From an uncultured Alphaproteobacteria bacterium (GTDB lineage Bacteria; Pseudomonadota; Alphaproteobacteria; UBA7985; CAJQQZ01), in the NCBI GenBank assembly GCA_905480575.1, contig CAJQQZ010000031.1, forward strand, positions 305-64,304: a stretch of 64,000 bases of DNA, read 5' to 3'. The notes beneath the pieces were generated by a model. It made no database searches. It had not been told where the DNA came from and worked only from the letters and a program-made list of their open reading frames with translations. Positions 9,795 to 22,536 of this stretch are shown piece after piece. The position numbers and the translations under genes are program-made. Position 1 is the first letter of the stretch. The number at the start of each line of letters is the position of its first letter.

Positions 9795-11216
9795 GTGGAT
9801 TTGGGGAATTTTGATCAAAATGACTATGTTCAGGCATGGGAAGAGATTCGCACTCGCTTGAAAGGACGTTTTGGTGACTCCACATTCCAGTCTTGGCTCG
9901 ATCCCGTCCGCCTTGTCGGCGTTGATGGGGCTAAGATTCGTTTATCTGTAGAGAGTCGTTTCGCAAGAGATTGGATTCAATCCAACTATTTGCAAGCAAT
10001 CCGTCAGTTTTGGACAGAAGGCGATTTTGGCGTCGAAGAAGTGGCGATTGAAGTTGCCACAAGCCAAGGCCCTGATCTGCGTATTGTAAATCACCCTGTA
10101 TCCTCCCAGCAAAACCCAAGTGGTAGGGTCGAAAGCCGTAGTGCTAGTTTCCGTGAACGCCCCGCCATATCCAATGACTATGATTTGGACCAGATTTCGG
10201 CGGGTTTGGATAGTAAGCTCACGTTTGATTCTTTTGTTACTGGTACGCCAAACGAGCTGGCTTATGCTGCAGCACGCAGGGTTGCAGAAAATGAAGAAGT
10301 GGCCTTCAATCCGCTCTTCCTTTACGGTGGCGTCGGCTTGGGTAAAACTCATCTGATGCACGCTATTGCTTGGCACATCCGTACGCGTCAACCGCATCGA
10401 AAAGTTGTCTATCTTTCAGCCGAAAAATTTATGTATTTGTTTGTGCGCTCACTGCGTCACAACACTGCTATGGATTTCAAGGAAACCTTCCGCTCCGTTG
10501 ACGTTTTGATGATCGATGACATCCAGTTTATCGGTGGTCGCGAAGCCACACAGGAAGAATTCTTCCATACTTTCAATGATTTGGCGAACCAGAAGCGACA
10601 AATCATTGTTTCTGCAGACAGAAGCCCTTCCGATTTGGAGAAACTTGAGGAAAGACTGCGCTCACGTCTTGGATGGGGTTTGGTGGCTGATATTCATCCA
10701 ACAAACTATGAGCTGCGCTTAGGTATTCTTCAAAACAAGGTGGAGCAGCTTGCGGTCAGTATACCAGAGAATGTTTTGGAATTCTTAGCACAGCGCATAA
10801 CGTCGAACGTTCGTGAGCTTGAGGGCGCTTTAAACCGCTTGGCCGCTCATGCGACTTTAATTGGGCGCACGATTACGTTGGATAGCGTTACCGATGTTCT
10901 TCATGATTTACTCCGTGCGAGTGATCGTAAGGTTACAATCGATGAAATTCAGAGAAAAGTAGCCGCGCACTACAATGTGAAATTTGCAGAAATGTCCTCT
11001 GCCCGGCGCGCAAGAGCCGTTGCCCGGCCACGACAGGTCGCTATGTATTTGGCCAAACAGCTGACATCGCGCTCTTTGCCGGAGATTGGCCGTAAGTTCG
11101 GTGGTCGCGATCACACAACCGTCATGCATGCCGTGAAAAAGATCGAAGAGCTGAAGCTGATTGATGCTGCATTCGCAGATGACGTCGAACTGCTGAGACG
11201 TATTCTCGAAAGCTAA
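9795..11216 (+). CDS. dnaA: Chromosomal replication initiator DnaA
   Basis: NPLFLYGGVGLGKTHL, DDIQF, RELEGA, FGGRDHTTV; likely start GTG 9795 behind a GGAGG RBS (ORF extends to TTG 9723). Confidence 0.98.
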   Translation: MDLGNFDQNDYVQAWEEIRTRLKGRFGDSTFQSWLDPVRLVGVDGAKIRLSVESRFARDWIQSNYLQAIRQFWTEGDFGVEEVAIEVATSQGPDLRIVNHPVSSQQNPSGRVESRSASFRERPAISNDYDLDQISAGLDSKLTFDSFVTGTPNELAYAAARRVAENEEVAFNPLFLYGGVGLGKTHLMHAIAWHIRTRQPHRKVVYLSAEKFMYLFVRSLRHNTAMDFKETFRSVDVLMIDDIQFIGGREATQEEFFHTFNDLANQKRQIIVSADRSPSDLEKLEERLRSRLGWGLVADIHPTNYELRLGILQNKVEQLAVSIPENVLEFLAQRITSNVRELEGALNRLAAHATLIGRTITLDSVTDVLHDLLRASDRKVTIDEIQRKVAAHYNVKFAEMSSARRARAVARPRQVAMYLAKQLTSRSLPEIGRKFGGRDHTTVMHAVKKIEELKLIDAAFADDVELLRRILES

Positions 11217-11419
11217 TCGAAATCGCATTCTAATTTCGTCTAACATGTTATATTTTCTGGGAATTTCCGGAGTCTCTTGCTATAAAGTCGCGAGCAAGAT
11301 GAACTTGTACTTTCAGAGGCTTAGCCTCTGGATTCATCACGGGTAATTCGCTCTCAAGCACGTCTGTTTTTGGTCGTTGGAGTTTGAGGGCTGTCGAAAA
11401 TTAGGGCAAGAAAAAGAGC

Positions 11420-12544
11420 ATGGATGTCACGTTAGAGCGCGCTGCCTTGTTAAAGGCGCTGGGTCACGTTCAAAGTGTTGTTGAACGTAGGAACACTATT
11501 CCCATTCTATCAAATGTTTTGATTGAAGCTGGCGAGAATGGTGTGTCATTGACCGCCACAGACATGGACCTCACAGTCGTGGAAACGCTGGCTTGCATGG
11601 TGTTGTCTGGCGGTGCCGTGACGGCACCAGCACACACATTCTATGACATTGTTCGCAAGCTCCCCGATGGCACTCAAGTGGCTTTGACCACGGATGTGGA
11701 AACGGGGCACTTGGCGATTAAGTCGGGACGCTCTCATTTTAATTTGCCAACTTTGCCAAAAGAAGACTTTCCAGCACCAGGCGCCGAAGAGCTGCCGGTT
11801 AACTTCGAAATTGGAGCTGGTGATTTCCGCTCGATGATCGACAAGACGCGCTTTGCGATTTCTACTGAAGAAACACGCTATTATTTGAACGGCATTTACA
11901 TGCATCCGAAGGATGATGGCGATAATGGTCCGGTTATACGTGCTGTTGCGACGGACGGGCATCGGTTGGCACGCGTCGAGGTTCCCATGCCTGACGGTGC
12001 TGCATCGATGCCGGGCGTGATCGTTCCAAGGAAAGCCGTGGCTGAAGTTCGCAAGCTGCTCGACAGCGCTGGCGATGATCCAATTGCTGTGTCGCTTTCG
12101 GAAAGTAAAGTCCGTGTCTCAGTGGACGGCGTTGTGCTGACGTCGAAGCTGATCGATGGCACTTTCCCAGACTATGAACGTGTTGTTCCTGCGAACAACG
12201 ACAAGGAGCTTGATATCGAGTGTTCTTCTTTCTCTGAGGCGGTTGACCGTGTTTCGACGATTTCCTCTGAAAAAAGCAGGGCCGTTAAGATGTCGGTCCA
12301 GGATGGCCAGATCACTTTGAGTGCGAATAGCCCTGATTATGGTATGGCCAGTGAAGAGCTAGAAGTCGATTACTCAGGCGAGACGATCGATATTGGTTTC
12401 AACGCACGTTACCTCCTCGACATAGCGCAACAGATAGAGGGCGAACAAGCTCGCTTCCTCATGTCTGATGGGGCTTCTCCTACAGTGATTTTGGATCTAA
12501 GTGACCAGGCAGCGCTGTACGTTTTGATGCCGATGAGAGTGTAG
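11420..12544 (+). CDS. dnaN: DNA polymerase III beta clamp
   Basis: VERRNTIPILSN, ATDGHRLA, FPDYERV, VLMPMRV. Confidence 0.98.
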   Translation: MDVTLERAALLKALGHVQSVVERRNTIPILSNVLIEAGENGVSLTATDMDLTVVETLACMVLSGGAVTAPAHTFYDIVRKLPDGTQVALTTDVETGHLAIKSGRSHFNLPTLPKEDFPAPGAEELPVNFEIGAGDFRSMIDKTRFAISTEETRYYLNGIYMHPKDDGDNGPVIRAVATDGHRLARVEVPMPDGAASMPGVIVPRKAVAEVRKLLDSAGDDPIAVSLSESKVRVSVDGVVLTSKLIDGTFPDYERVVPANNDKELDIECSSFSEAVDRVSTISSEKSRAVKMSVQDGQITLSANSPDYGMASEELEVDYSGETIDIGFNARYLLDIAQQIEGEQARFLMSDGASPTVILDLSDQAALYVLMPMRV

Positions 12545-12557
12545 GTTCGGCAAATAG

Positions 12558-16218
<3,661 letters not shown>

Positions 16219-16238
16219 ATTTGATTCTTGCCGGATCC

Positions 16239-16751
16239 TCACTCTAGCGGAGCAGCGAGAACCAGTACCCAAAAGTGCCCGAGGTCATTTTGACTTTTCC
16301 TTGGGCGGCTGACGTAGGCTGCTCCAAACTCAGTCGCCTGTTTGGTGAAAAGGTTCCTGTTATGGCCAGGGCTGTTGATCCAGTCAACGAGCGTTTCCTG
16401 GGCTGTTTCACGGCCTGCTGCCAGATTTTCGGCGACAAAAGACCAAGAGTATCCTTGAGCGCTTACGCGGTCAGAAACTGAATCGCCATTCAATGAGGAA
16501 TGGTTCAAGGCGTTTTCCGCCATTTGCTCTTTGGCGTGAAGGTATGCTGCTCTGGCAAGTCTAACGTTCTCTGACAATTTGGGAAGGCCACGTTTAGTGC
16601 GTTCTCGGTTAATAGCAGGTAGAAGGGTCTGAACTTGGTGAGATGAGGGAGAGACAACCGGCTTGGCGACTTCGTTGACTGCTTTTGTTTCTGAGCAAGA
16701 GATAAGCCCAACTGAACAAAACAATAGTATAAGTGTAATTGCTGCTTTCAT
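16239..16751 (-). CDS. CAP (SCP) domain lipoprotein
   Basis: Lipobox LISC, INRER..GLP, AENLAAG, WINSPGHNRN. Confidence 0.85.
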   Translation of the reverse strand: MKAAITLILLFCSVGLISCSETKAVNEVAKPVVSPSSHQVQTLLPAINRERTKRGLPKLSENVRLARAAYLHAKEQMAENALNHSSLNGDSVSDRVSAQGYSWSFVAENLAAGRETAQETLVDWINSPGHNRNLFTKQATEFGAAYVSRPRKSQNDLGHFWVLVLAAPLE

Positions 16752-16793
16752 TTCGTCTTGTTAAGCCGTGCTTCGGACCATTTTAAGGCAAAG

Positions 16794-16817
16794 AAAAGGC
16801 CCCCGAAGAGGCCTTTT
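16794..16817 (-). terminator. Probable rho-independent terminator
   Basis: AAAAGGCC-CCCGAAGA-GGCCTTTT hairpin just downstream of the minus-strand lipoprotein gene. Confidence 0.65.
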
Positions 16818-16855
16818 GAGTTTGGACTAAATGGGCGGCGTTGTTCTTGCTGTTA

Positions 16856-17449
16856 TCACGTGCCCCAAGAGGCACGCACCCTGACTATCTCGTTAATGGC
16901 TTCAACACGTTTTTCTGCCGGACAGCGCTTGCCCTCTTCATTGCCTTCGCCAACAGTGATGTTTCTCAATTCTTTCTTCTTGCGCGCTTCTTCCGCAGCG
17001 AGATATTTTTCTTCTCTGAGCTGGGCGATTGATTTGTCTCTGGTTTGGGTGAAACGGCCTTTCTTAGGGGAGCGGCGTTTGCCGGTAAACATTTGAACGA
17101 TTGGATCGTCACCGCCAAGCTTGGTACTTCGGCCGCCACTGACATCGCCCTCGACTTTGCCGTTCTCTTCAAGGTCAGCTAAGGACGCATTGTAGGAAGC
17201 CGTATAGAACTCCTGGACTTCAGCCAGCTGGGGTTCTGTTTTTCCAAGCTGGCGGTAATGTTCAATCAAAGCCTGGTCATAGTCGCCTTTGTCGACTTCG
17301 CAGTACTCGGCAACGGCGGCAACTTTTCCAGCTTCTGAAACTTTGGTAACTTCTTCTTCCGTCAAACCTCCGGCATTTGGCCCGGTTTGTTGACAGGCGG
17401 CAAGCAATAAAAAGGCAGCGCCGACGATTGAGAATTGAATTTTGATCAT
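16856..17449 (-). CDS. Hypothetical lipoprotein
   Basis: Start ATG 17449 gives MIKIQFSIVGAAFLLLAAC (lipobox LAAC); followed by a terminator. Confidence 0.7.
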   Translation of the reverse strand: MIKIQFSIVGAAFLLLAACQQTGPNAGGLTEEEVTKVSEAGKVAAVAEYCEVDKGDYDQALIEHYRQLGKTEPQLAEVQEFYTASYNASLADLEENGKVEGDVSGGRSTKLGGDDPIVQMFTGKRRSPKKGRFTQTRDKSIAQLREEKYLAAEEARKKKELRNITVGEGNEEGKRCPAEKRVEAINEIVRVRASWGT

Positions 17450-17643
17450 AGCTTTAACAAATAGAATTAAATATGGGCCTAATTTAAGTCGATGTTTTTC
17501 ATCCCGCAAGTCAATTTGCAAAATGGGAATTATTTCGTGGATTCATACGCTTAGAACAAGAGTCGTTCCTGTCTCTTGAAGTAATGAGAGGTCTAAAATG
17601 ATTCGATTCTACAATAGAATCCTAATCACCTGATGCTGAGTAC

Positions 17644-18480
17644 TTAATCATTTCTTGACGAATAGTGGTCGGCATTCTCAATAAAGCGTGCTTCGCGTGG
17701 ACGTAGAGAATCGGGGATAGATTGGTCGTACCAGGTGACATACCGAGCATCCCACTTCGCTTTAGAGAACATCAAAACTTCATGCCACAAGCTGTCTTCG
17801 GATAGGTGATTCGCGAATTCATTAGAGCCCTTCACATCTACAATTTCCACAACAGTTCCCGGAAGGCTCGCATCAAAGGAAGAGTACAATATTACTTCCG
17901 TCTGCTCTTTTACATCGTCTGAAAGGTATAGTTTCACACCACAGTCTAGAATTTCTTCCTTTTGTTTTATGTTCTTTTGTTCTCGATTGCTCTCTAGCCA
18001 GGAAGGAAAGATGTAGGATTTTCCACCCTCAGGTTTGACCGGAACGAAACTTTTGTAGAAGGAATGGGCAATAAAGTTTGGAGCGGAAACACCCCATTTT
18101 AAGATCTTCCTTCCTTTGCTTTCAGACAGGTTTTGTAAATGCTGAAACAACGCCTTTCCATGTCCTTGACGTCGATGAGAAGGGGAAACCACCAGATCCA
18201 AAAGGTCGACTGAGGGAAGCAATCCTTTTGCTTCGTCAAGATACAGGGAACGGCAGGAAAAACTCAACGCAACCAGTTTGCTGTTTTCAAACCGACCATG
18301 AGCGCGAAGAAAACATTGAGCCTTGGCGAGTTGCTCACAAAGGCGACTAGAGTGAATCGTTACATTCTCTTCTAGAGCAAATTCGGCCAACAGGCCAATG
18401 ATGCCTGGATGATTGAGGCTAATAGGCTCTGTGCCGATGCATTCATCTTGAGTGCTGAGTGGCGATGATGAAATTTTCAC
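17644..18480 (-). CDS. GNAT family N-acetyltransferase with extra C-terminal region
   Basis: DLVVSPSHRRQGHGKAL acetyl-CoA motif A, N..AHSFY. Confidence 0.7.
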   Translation of the reverse strand: MKISSSPLSTQDECIGTEPISLNHPGIIGLLAEFALEENVTIHSSRLCEQLAKAQCFLRAHGRFENSKLVALSFSCRSLYLDEAKGLLPSVDLLDLVVSPSHRRQGHGKALFQHLQNLSESKGRKILKWGVSAPNFIAHSFYKSFVPVKPEGGKSYIFPSWLESNREQKNIKQKEEILDCGVKLYLSDDVKEQTEVILYSSFDASLPGTVVEIVDVKGSNEFANHLSEDSLWHEVLMFSKAKWDARYVTWYDQSIPDSLRPREARFIENADHYSSRND

Positions 18481-18561
18481 AAAATTATCTTGATGCTGCC
18501 ACTTATTGAGGATTTAAGGACTCTAGAATTTTTCTGATCTCATTTTAAGCATTTTATTCTC

Positions 18562-20406
18562 ATGGCAAAAGCCAACAAGTCTTCAAAGAAAAAAACGCCG
18601 AACAAAAAGCCCCCTCAAAAGTCGTTGTTTAGGCGCCTGATGGGTCTTGCCCTTATGACGGGGCTTTGGGCAGCCATTGTTGGCTTCGCTGTTTTGGGGT
18701 TGATTTGGGTGACGTTGCCGCCGATTGAAGGCGTTGATGCCATCACACGTAAGCCATCGGCAACCATCTATGCCAGAGATGGATCCGTCTTGGCAACCTA
18801 TGGAGAGTTGTACGGTAGTTCCGTGACTGTTGATGATTTGCCCGACCATCTAGTCAAAGCAGTTTTGGCCACTGAGGATCGCAAGTTTTATTATCACTTC
18901 GGTGTTGATCCCTTCGGCATCGCGCGCGCAATGGTAGTGAATGTGAAGGCTGGCCGCGTGGTTCAAGGTGGATCAACGATTACGCAGCAGTTGGCAAAAG
19001 TCCTCTTCCTAACGCCGAAGCGCAGTCTGCTCAGGAAAGTGCGAGAATTGGTTTTGGCATTACAGTTGGAAGCAAAGTTCACCAAGGACCAAATCCTATC
19101 TCTCTATCTCAATCGCGTTTATCTGGGTGCAGGTACATATGGCGTAGAGGCAGCGGCACAGCGCTACTTTGGTCGCTCTGCCCGCCAGGTAGGCCTTTAT
19201 GAATCGGCCGTTCTGGCTGGTTTATTGAGAGCGCCGTCCCGGTATAATCCCGCTAATTCACAAACAAGGGCCGATGCGCGCGCCAAAACCGTTGTCATGG
19301 CAATGTTGGACGCTGGCTTCATCACCGAACAGGAGGCGATTGCTGCAAAATTGCAGTCTGTCAAAGATTTGCCCCGCGGCACGCGAGGAAGCAGTCGAGG
19401 CAAAGCCCTACATTTCGCCGACTGGGTCATGGGGCAAACGCAAGATTTTGTTGGACGACCATCAGAAGATCTTCACATCTTCACGTCTCTTGATCCTAAT
19501 CTGCAGTTAAGAGTTGGTTCGGCGATTGATCAAGTACTTGCTAAAAACCGAAAAGCTAAGAACGTCAGCGAAGCGGCTATGGTTATCCTGGATCTAGACG
19601 GTGCTGTTTTGGCGATGAGGGGCGGACGTGGCTACCGTTCCAGTCAGTTTAATCGGGTGACTCAGGCTTTGCGTCAACCTGGTTCCGCCTTCAAAACTTT
19701 TGCTTATCTCGCTGCTTTTGAAAATGGATGGACAGCCGATAGCCAGATCAATGATCGTTCTGTGTCAGTTAAGGGTTGGACACCGAGAAATTTTTCCAAT
19801 CGTTTCTATGGCACGGTGACATTACGTGAAGCTTTTGCTCGTTCGATAAACACTGCTGCGGTTCGCTTGTCTGAAACTGTGGGGCGACGCAAGGTCATTA
19901 CGGCGGCACAAAAACTGGGGATCACTAGCCCACTTTCTGCGGCTGCTTCTCTTCCCCTAGGAACCGAAGAAGTCACGTTGCTCGAATTGACGGGAGCCTA
20001 TGTGCCTTTTGCTAACGGAGGCAAAGGAGTATGGCCTTACGCGATTGAACGAATTGAAAACCAGTCAGGCACCATCATGTTTGAAAGACGTGGTGGTGGG
20101 CCAGGGCAAGTTGTCTCTCCATCGGCTGTACAACAAATGCAATCATTGTTGCGGGCTGTTGTGGTTTGGGGAACCGGTAAGAAAGCCAACACCAGCCAAA
20201 GTGCCGGTGGTAAAACCGGAACTTCTCAGGATTATAGAGATGCGGTTTTTGTCGGCTACAATGGTGCTTTGACAGCAGGTGTCTGGATGGGTAACGATGA
20301 TGGTTCGCCGACCAAGAAGGTTACAGGCGGATCATTGCCAGCCGAAATTTGGCGTCAAGTTATGATGAATGCGCCGACGGTTGAGCGCCTGGATGCGATT
20401 TACTAA
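18562..20406 (+). CDS. Penicillin-binding protein 1A family (transglycosylase/transpeptidase)
   Basis: EDRKF..H.G, GGSTITQQLAK, SAFK (SxxK), SIN, KTG. Confidence 0.95.
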   Translation: MAKANKSSKKKTPNKKPPQKSLFRRLMGLALMTGLWAAIVGFAVLGLIWVTLPPIEGVDAITRKPSATIYARDGSVLATYGELYGSSVTVDDLPDHLVKAVLATEDRKFYYHFGVDPFGIARAMVVNVKAGRVVQGGSTITQQLAKVLFLTPKRSLLRKVRELVLALQLEAKFTKDQILSLYLNRVYLGAGTYGVEAAAQRYFGRSARQVGLYESAVLAGLLRAPSRYNPANSQTRADARAKTVVMAMLDAGFITEQEAIAAKLQSVKDLPRGTRGSSRGKALHFADWVMGQTQDFVGRPSEDLHIFTSLDPNLQLRVGSAIDQVLAKNRKAKNVSEAAMVILDLDGAVLAMRGGRGYRSSQFNRVTQALRQPGSAFKTFAYLAAFENGWTADSQINDRSVSVKGWTPRNFSNRFYGTVTLREAFARSINTAAVRLSETVGRRKVITAAQKLGITSPLSAAASLPLGTEEVTLLELTGAYVPFANGGKGVWPYAIERIENQSGTIMFERRGGGPGQVVSPSAVQQMQSLLRAVVVWGTGKKANTSQSAGGKTGTSQDYRDAVFVGYNGALTAGVWMGNDDGSPTKKVTGGSLPAEIWRQVMMNAPTVERLDAIY

Positions 20407-20429
20407 GTCGAGCTTTGTTGAGGTTTAAG

Positions 20430-20864
20430 ATGGAAACAAATACCGAAAATTTCACACCTGGTGATGTTTATGGCCGTAGCCTTAAAGGGTTCGGCGTCAA
20501 TCTGTTGGTTAAGGACGTCTTGAAGTCGATTGAATTCCAGGTGAATGTATTGGGCGCCGAAGCGATCTTCGGAAACGAGGACTTTGCGGTTATGCGATAT
20601 CAGGAGCAAACCTGGATGCTCCATGCCGATCACACTTACCACTCAAATCCTTTGCCATCCTTGGTGTCTTCAGATCAAGCACGTGGAGCGGGGATAGAGT
20701 TGCGTCTCTACGACGTCGATCCTGCGCAGGCCGCGGCAAAAGCACCTGAGTATGGGGGCGGGGTTTTACAGAAACCGACTGACAAGCCCCATGGTTTGCA
20801 TGAAGCCTATCTCTTTGATGCCGATGGCTATGTTTGGGTGCCCTCTATCCATATAGTAGCTTAG
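20430..20864 (+). CDS. VOC/glyoxalase family protein
   Basis: NLLVKDV, RGAGIELRLY, PTDKPHGLHEAYLFDADGY. Confidence 0.8.
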   Translation: METNTENFTPGDVYGRSLKGFGVNLLVKDVLKSIEFQVNVLGAEAIFGNEDFAVMRYQEQTWMLHADHTYHSNPLPSLVSSDQARGAGIELRLYDVDPAQAAAKAPEYGGGVLQKPTDKPHGLHEAYLFDADGYVWVPSIHIVA

Positions 20865-21589
20865 TCTCTGCCGTAGGAAAACAGACGCCGTCCCTCATTT
20901 TTAAGCCAGCGCTGCGCTTCTTCTCTGTCAGTGTTCGGCTCCAACAAGCTGTCAGTAAGGCGCCAGAAGTTCGGCCCATGGTTCATCTCTTTAAGATGGG
21001 CAACTTCGTGAGCTGCCATATAGTCGAGTACAGTGGGTGGAGCTAAAATCAACCGCCAGCTGTAGGACAATGTCTTGTTGGATGAACAAGACCCCCAGCG
21101 GGTTTTCTGGTCACGAATGGTGATTTGTTTGATCGTCAGTCCCAATTTATGAGCTTTGGCAACTGAACGAGCCGAAAGGTCTGCTTTGGCTTGTTTCTTC
21201 AGCCAATCAAGCAACCGCCTTGGCAGGTGTTCAATCTGGCCGTGAACCTGGATTTCAGCGTCTTGTGAGTTGAAAGAAACAAGACCACGCCCTGGCGAAT
21301 GGACAACACGACATGGGCGTCCCTTAAAAGGCAATATCATGCCATTTTCAAAAGGGTGACCATCTTCAAGGCGACTGAGTTTGCCAAGAATCCAGGACTG
21401 TTGTTTCTTGATGAATTCCATGCCCTTAGCAGGGCTAATTGACTTTGGGATCGTCAGATGAATGCCACCGCCGTGATGATCGATCTTGATCTGGATACGC
21501 CGCGCGCGCGAGGACAGTTTGATTGCGACGGTTCGTTCAACGCCGTCATGAAAGACAAAGGCTTCCTCAATGAGCTGCTCTTTCGCCAC
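20861..21589 (-). CDS. M48 family (YgjP/DUF45) metallopeptidase
   Basis: RWGSCS, LDYMAAHEVAHLKEMNHG..FW. Confidence 0.9.
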   Translation of the reverse strand: MAKEQLIEEAFVFHDGVERTVAIKLSSRARRIQIKIDHHGGGIHLTIPKSISPAKGMEFIKKQQSWILGKLSRLEDGHPFENGMILPFKGRPCRVVHSPGRGLVSFNSQDAEIQVHGQIEHLPRRLLDWLKKQAKADLSARSVAKAHKLGLTIKQITIRDQKTRWGSCSSNKTLSYSWRLILAPPTVLDYMAAHEVAHLKEMNHGPNFWRLTDSLLEPNTDREEAQRWLKNEGRRLFSYGRD

Positions 21590-22436
21590 CTTGTTCTTTT
21601 TCCCAGTCTAGTAGAATCTTCTTGCGTCCAAGGCCCCAACGATAACCACCGTAAGCACCGTCGCTTCTTATGACACGGTGACAGGGAATTACCAGCGCAA
21701 CTTTGTTAGAAGCACAAGCCCGTGCGACAGCGCGTTGACCAGCCGGCAGATCCAGGCGTTCAGCCATTTCAGCGTAAGAACGGGTCTGGCCTGGCGGGAT
21801 TGCTAGCAACTCCAACCAAACACGACGTTGGAACGCTGTTGCTTGCACATCCAGCGGCAAGTCTGGGTGGGGCGCCTTGCCTTCCAGGTATTCTATGACA
21901 TCCGCCAAAGCTAACCCCAGCGATTCCTGATCTTGTGAAATGCTTTTCGCTTTGGGAAACTCGGAGTTTAGACTGCTTAACAAAAATTTATCGTCTTCAT
22001 CGATCGCGAGAAAGCAGAGCCCTCGGTCGGTAGCAGCAATCAACAGACTGCCAAGGTTACAATCGGTGATCGCATACAAGATAGAGAGGCCAGCGCCCCC
22101 TTTTTTGTAGGATGCGGGTGTCATTCCGAGAGCCGTCTGGGCTTGTTCATACAACCTTGAAGAAGATCCAAAACCAGCATCAAAAGAGGCACCAGAAATG
22201 TCGTCACCAGACCTCACGGCACCGCGGAAGAGTTCTAATTTCTTAGCCGTAATGTACTCTCTGGGGCTGATACCGATGGTTTCTTTAAATTGGCGCTGAA
22301 ACTGCCACGGGCTTAAACCGAGTTGGTCAGCAAGCGGCAGCAGCCGAAGGGCGGGCCAATCCTGATCTTCGATGGCTTGCTCTATCAAAGCGCAGGCTTT
22401 GGACATGAGAGGGCTGGCTGGTTTGTTTTGACCCAT
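21567..22436 (-). CDS. ada: Ada-like AraC HTH / O6-methylguanine-DNA methyltransferase lacking the N-terminal Zn domain
   Basis: HTH (LSPWQFQRQFK...SP), GFGSSSRLYE, TAFQRRVW, IPCHRV. Confidence 0.85.
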   Translation of the reverse strand: MGQNKPASPLMSKACALIEQAIEDQDWPALRLLPLADQLGLSPWQFQRQFKETIGISPREYITAKKLELFRGAVRSGDDISGASFDAGFGSSSRLYEQAQTALGMTPASYKKGGAGLSILYAITDCNLGSLLIAATDRGLCFLAIDEDDKFLLSSLNSEFPKAKSISQDQESLGLALADVIEYLEGKAPHPDLPLDVQATAFQRRVWLELLAIPPGQTRSYAEMAERLDLPAGQRAVARACASNKVALVIPCHRVIRSDGAYGGYRWGLGRKKILLDWEKEQGGERAAH

Positions 22437-22536
22437 GGTGTTTCTCGACTGAAGTGTTCATGTGGTGAGCGTAAAGTGCGCCAATTTTGCTTATCTCTCT
22501 ATCCGAATTTTGCAACGGCACGAAAACTTCGGTCGT

